From positions 248,001-312,000 of the forward strand of contig NW_021835996.1 of assembly GCF_006345805.1 (NCBI RefSeq): a DNA stretch of 64,000 bases, given 5' to 3'. Source of the stretch: Octopus sinensis. Taxonomy: Eukaryota. A program made the position numbers and the translations under genes. Positions 61,680 through 64,000 of the stretch are shown here, piece after piece (position 1 is the stretch's first letter; each line of letters opens with the position of its first letter). The notes under the pieces were generated by a model, which saw nothing but the letters and a program-made list of their open reading frames with translations, was not told the DNA's origin and did no database searches.

Positions 61680-63050
61680 GTCATGTCAAACTCTGCGGAA
61701 ATAAGTCGCGTGCTAAACAGTGTTTTCTCAGTAAGCTCTTTATTCTCTGCCTATTGTAAAAACATAAATTTACAGACATTCCTGAGCAACAAATATGTTA
61801 TTTAGAACCAAGCGTGTTATGTTATTTATAGCAAACGAAACATATCGGAGGTACAGTCCGGCAGACTATCTAGAAAGTGAGGAGGGGACTGAATCAAAAG
61901 CTCGATGGCAGTGCATGTTCTTATATAATTTTTGGTCGTGGTGATATCAAAAATTTCGTGGTAAAGAACCCATGGCGAAGTATTTTCGAGTTTGCTAGTC
62001 CTGCACTCCATCAACGTCAAATACTGTAGACCGTCCACCCGCTATGCAATCTGGATATTATCAACGGGAATGTCACATTTATAAACATGCCAAAAACCAA
62101 TGCTTCTCGAATATTCTCAGATTTTAGCTGTTGGTGAAGATTCTTTTGCTTGCAGTCCACTTTGGGAAGTTTAAAAAGATTGGCTAATTGTCGTCCGATG
62201 TGTGTGGCCTCGACCATATTTCGTAGTTGATGTAATGCTTGTAACACCAGTCTTCATCCTCGTCGTCTAAACACTCATTTGTGCTCGTTCACTCTCTGTG
62301 AGAGCATCATCAGTGTCAGATGCTCTCCGTCGGGGTGGGCAATAGTCCTTGCCTGAGTGAAGAAAACATGGAAGGACTGAAATGTGAATAAAACATATCT
62401 TCCAGCATGGACACAATTTGGAGTAGAAATTTCCGTCAGAATGAGGGAGTCTTCTCGAGTGACTGGATCAAACAACTACAAATAGCACGTAACCATACCT
62501 TCTGCCTACATAGTTCAGTATCTACCACATAAGACGAGAATGTCACCACTTTCATTTTTTCGGTGTATTTTGGTGACCACATTGAGGCCTGCCTTCAAAT
62601 AATCATTTTCCGGGAATAAAGAGTAGATGATGTCGACTGAGTCCACTCTTCCACTAATTCTGATGATAGGAATGTTGTGGAAATATTTTTGGAACTTGTC
62701 CGTATCCAACGTGGCACTCATAATGATAATTCTGAAGACTGGTTAATTTGCAAATATTTTCTTGACAACCTCCGATGGAGACTGTCCTTTCGTGGACCTC
62801 ATCCAGGAGGACAACTCCGTATTTCTCCAAATTATTTTCCGACAAAACTTCTTTGAGCAACACTCCGTAGGTCAAATACTTTATAATAGTTTGAAGTGCA
62901 ATTGTCAACCCGAATAGAGTACCACACCGCATGTCCCAACTCCACGTCCATTTCTTTCGCAACCCGCCCGGCAGTTTCTCCCAATATGCACATGACTGGG
63001 TATTTATTCAGTTTGTCCATAATTTTGGTTGTTTCTTTATAGACGGGAAG
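61680..63050 (-). pseudogene. DEAH-box helicase (Prp43/DHX15-like) pseudogene with large internal deletions
   Basis: LLDEVHERT, MSATLDTDKFQKYF, HPDGEHLTL and WVLYHE present. Walker A and the RecA2 core are missing, and there are frameshifts. Confidence 0.75.
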
Positions 63051-63116
63051 CTGGGACCTGTTTTTTAAAATAAATAAAGAAATAAAACAGGAAAGTAATG
63101 TTTGTAAATGTGCTAA

Positions 63117-63736
63117 TTAAATTATAATCTCAGTGATGGCCAGCAAAAAATCCTGAAACTCCATAACCCCATTTCCATCCATGTTGGTGTCATAACACTT
63201 GAATCGTTCAGTCAGGGACTATAATGAAGAAGACAGTACAACCTCAATAATGATGATAGTCTTGACGTACTGATCAAATCCCAGTCCGCGACCATCCCCG
63301 TCCCCCATTCGAACAACACTCGTGAAGAAATCAGGGCTGAATCGGTAGCCTGAAATGAAACAGACACAACTGACCTCGCAACTGGAGCAAATGCATCATT
63401 TCGGTGGCATTGATCAGACCCGACTTATCCCGGTCGGCCTGACGGAAGTCGTTGGTCCATCGCTGAACTTTGGTGTAAAGATCGGTAAATTGTTGAGGGT
63501 TGACGAACCCTGAGTTTGTTTTGTCGACGGTTTCTAGTTGCACAACCAAGCATACTTATCATTAGACTTTCGTCGTTGAATTCTTTCCGAACTCCTGCAG
63601 ACTATAAGGGGAGGACTACCGTTGGCGAGGGCTCTTTTGAGTTCGGATGCCGTCAGACGACCGTCCCCGTTTACGTCAATACTAGTCAATACAGTAAACT
63701 GGCTTACGATCTGAACAAGGAATACGCATCACACAT
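63117..63736 (-). CDS. Penta-EF-hand Ca2+-binding protein (PDCD6/peflin/sorcin family)
   Basis: EF loops DVNGDGRLTASEL, DKTNSGFVNPQQF, DRDKSGLINATEM and DTNMDGNGVMEFQDF, joined by mini-introns. 5' end uncertain. Confidence 0.82.
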
Positions 63737-63839
63737 TAGTTGGATTTTCTCAATATGAAAATAAATACAAAATGTCAATTCCAGAAAAATGTTAACTAAG
63801 GTCAATAAGAAGAAGAACTGATGGCGATCCTGTTTCCCC

Positions 63840-64000
63840 TCACTATTGCTTGGGACACGTTCTGGAGGAGCCATCTCGTCTCCAGAGGATTGTGTGTTCT
63901 CAAGGTCTTGAGATGTCCAATACACTTGAGGAAGCACAACGACTCCTTCCCAATAGATCCCAGGGTTTCGACAGTAATCGGCTGGAAAACGTAACGATCG
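63840..64000 (-). mobile_element. Possible degraded LINE RT fragment at the window edge
   Basis: Minus frame 'SSVLDISRP...HTILW' weakly resembles LD.SKAFD.V.H. Confidence 0.3.

Noticed and set aside
1-64000. Prokaryotic systems (retrons, DGRs, group II introns) suggested by the many RTs, or an alternative genetic code
   Set aside because: The recognisable RT regions match eukaryotic non-LTR clades, and spliced host genes translate cleanly with the standard code.

Overview
This is AT-rich eukaryotic DNA, most likely from an animal: it carries SFMBT, C-clamp, DRAM and DCAF15-like genes. Genes are very compact and broken by tiny spliceosomal introns (mostly 22-36 nt, GT-AG, one GC-AG), a pattern reported for dicyemid mesozoans, although the taxon is an inference. 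Host genes reconstructed by hand are RPL10A, RPL11 and RPS4 (head-to-head), PRKCSH, a penta-EF-hand gene, a C2H2 gene, a stand-alone C-clamp gene and an orphan mucin-like surface protein. DCAF15-like, DRAM-like, SFMBT, FNTA and DHX15-like loci are damaged or frameshifted. Much of the window is nested transposon debris: non-LTR retroelements (CRE, R4-like, RTE-like, jockey/I-like) and DNA transposons (Tigger/pogo, hAT-Buster, Merlin, Ginger). The highlights are an intact Merlin transposase with five mini-introns, mini-introns in several DNA transposon families, an in-frame Ginger-LINE RT fusion ORF, and a C-clamp-only protein. Coordinates of degenerate elements are approximate.
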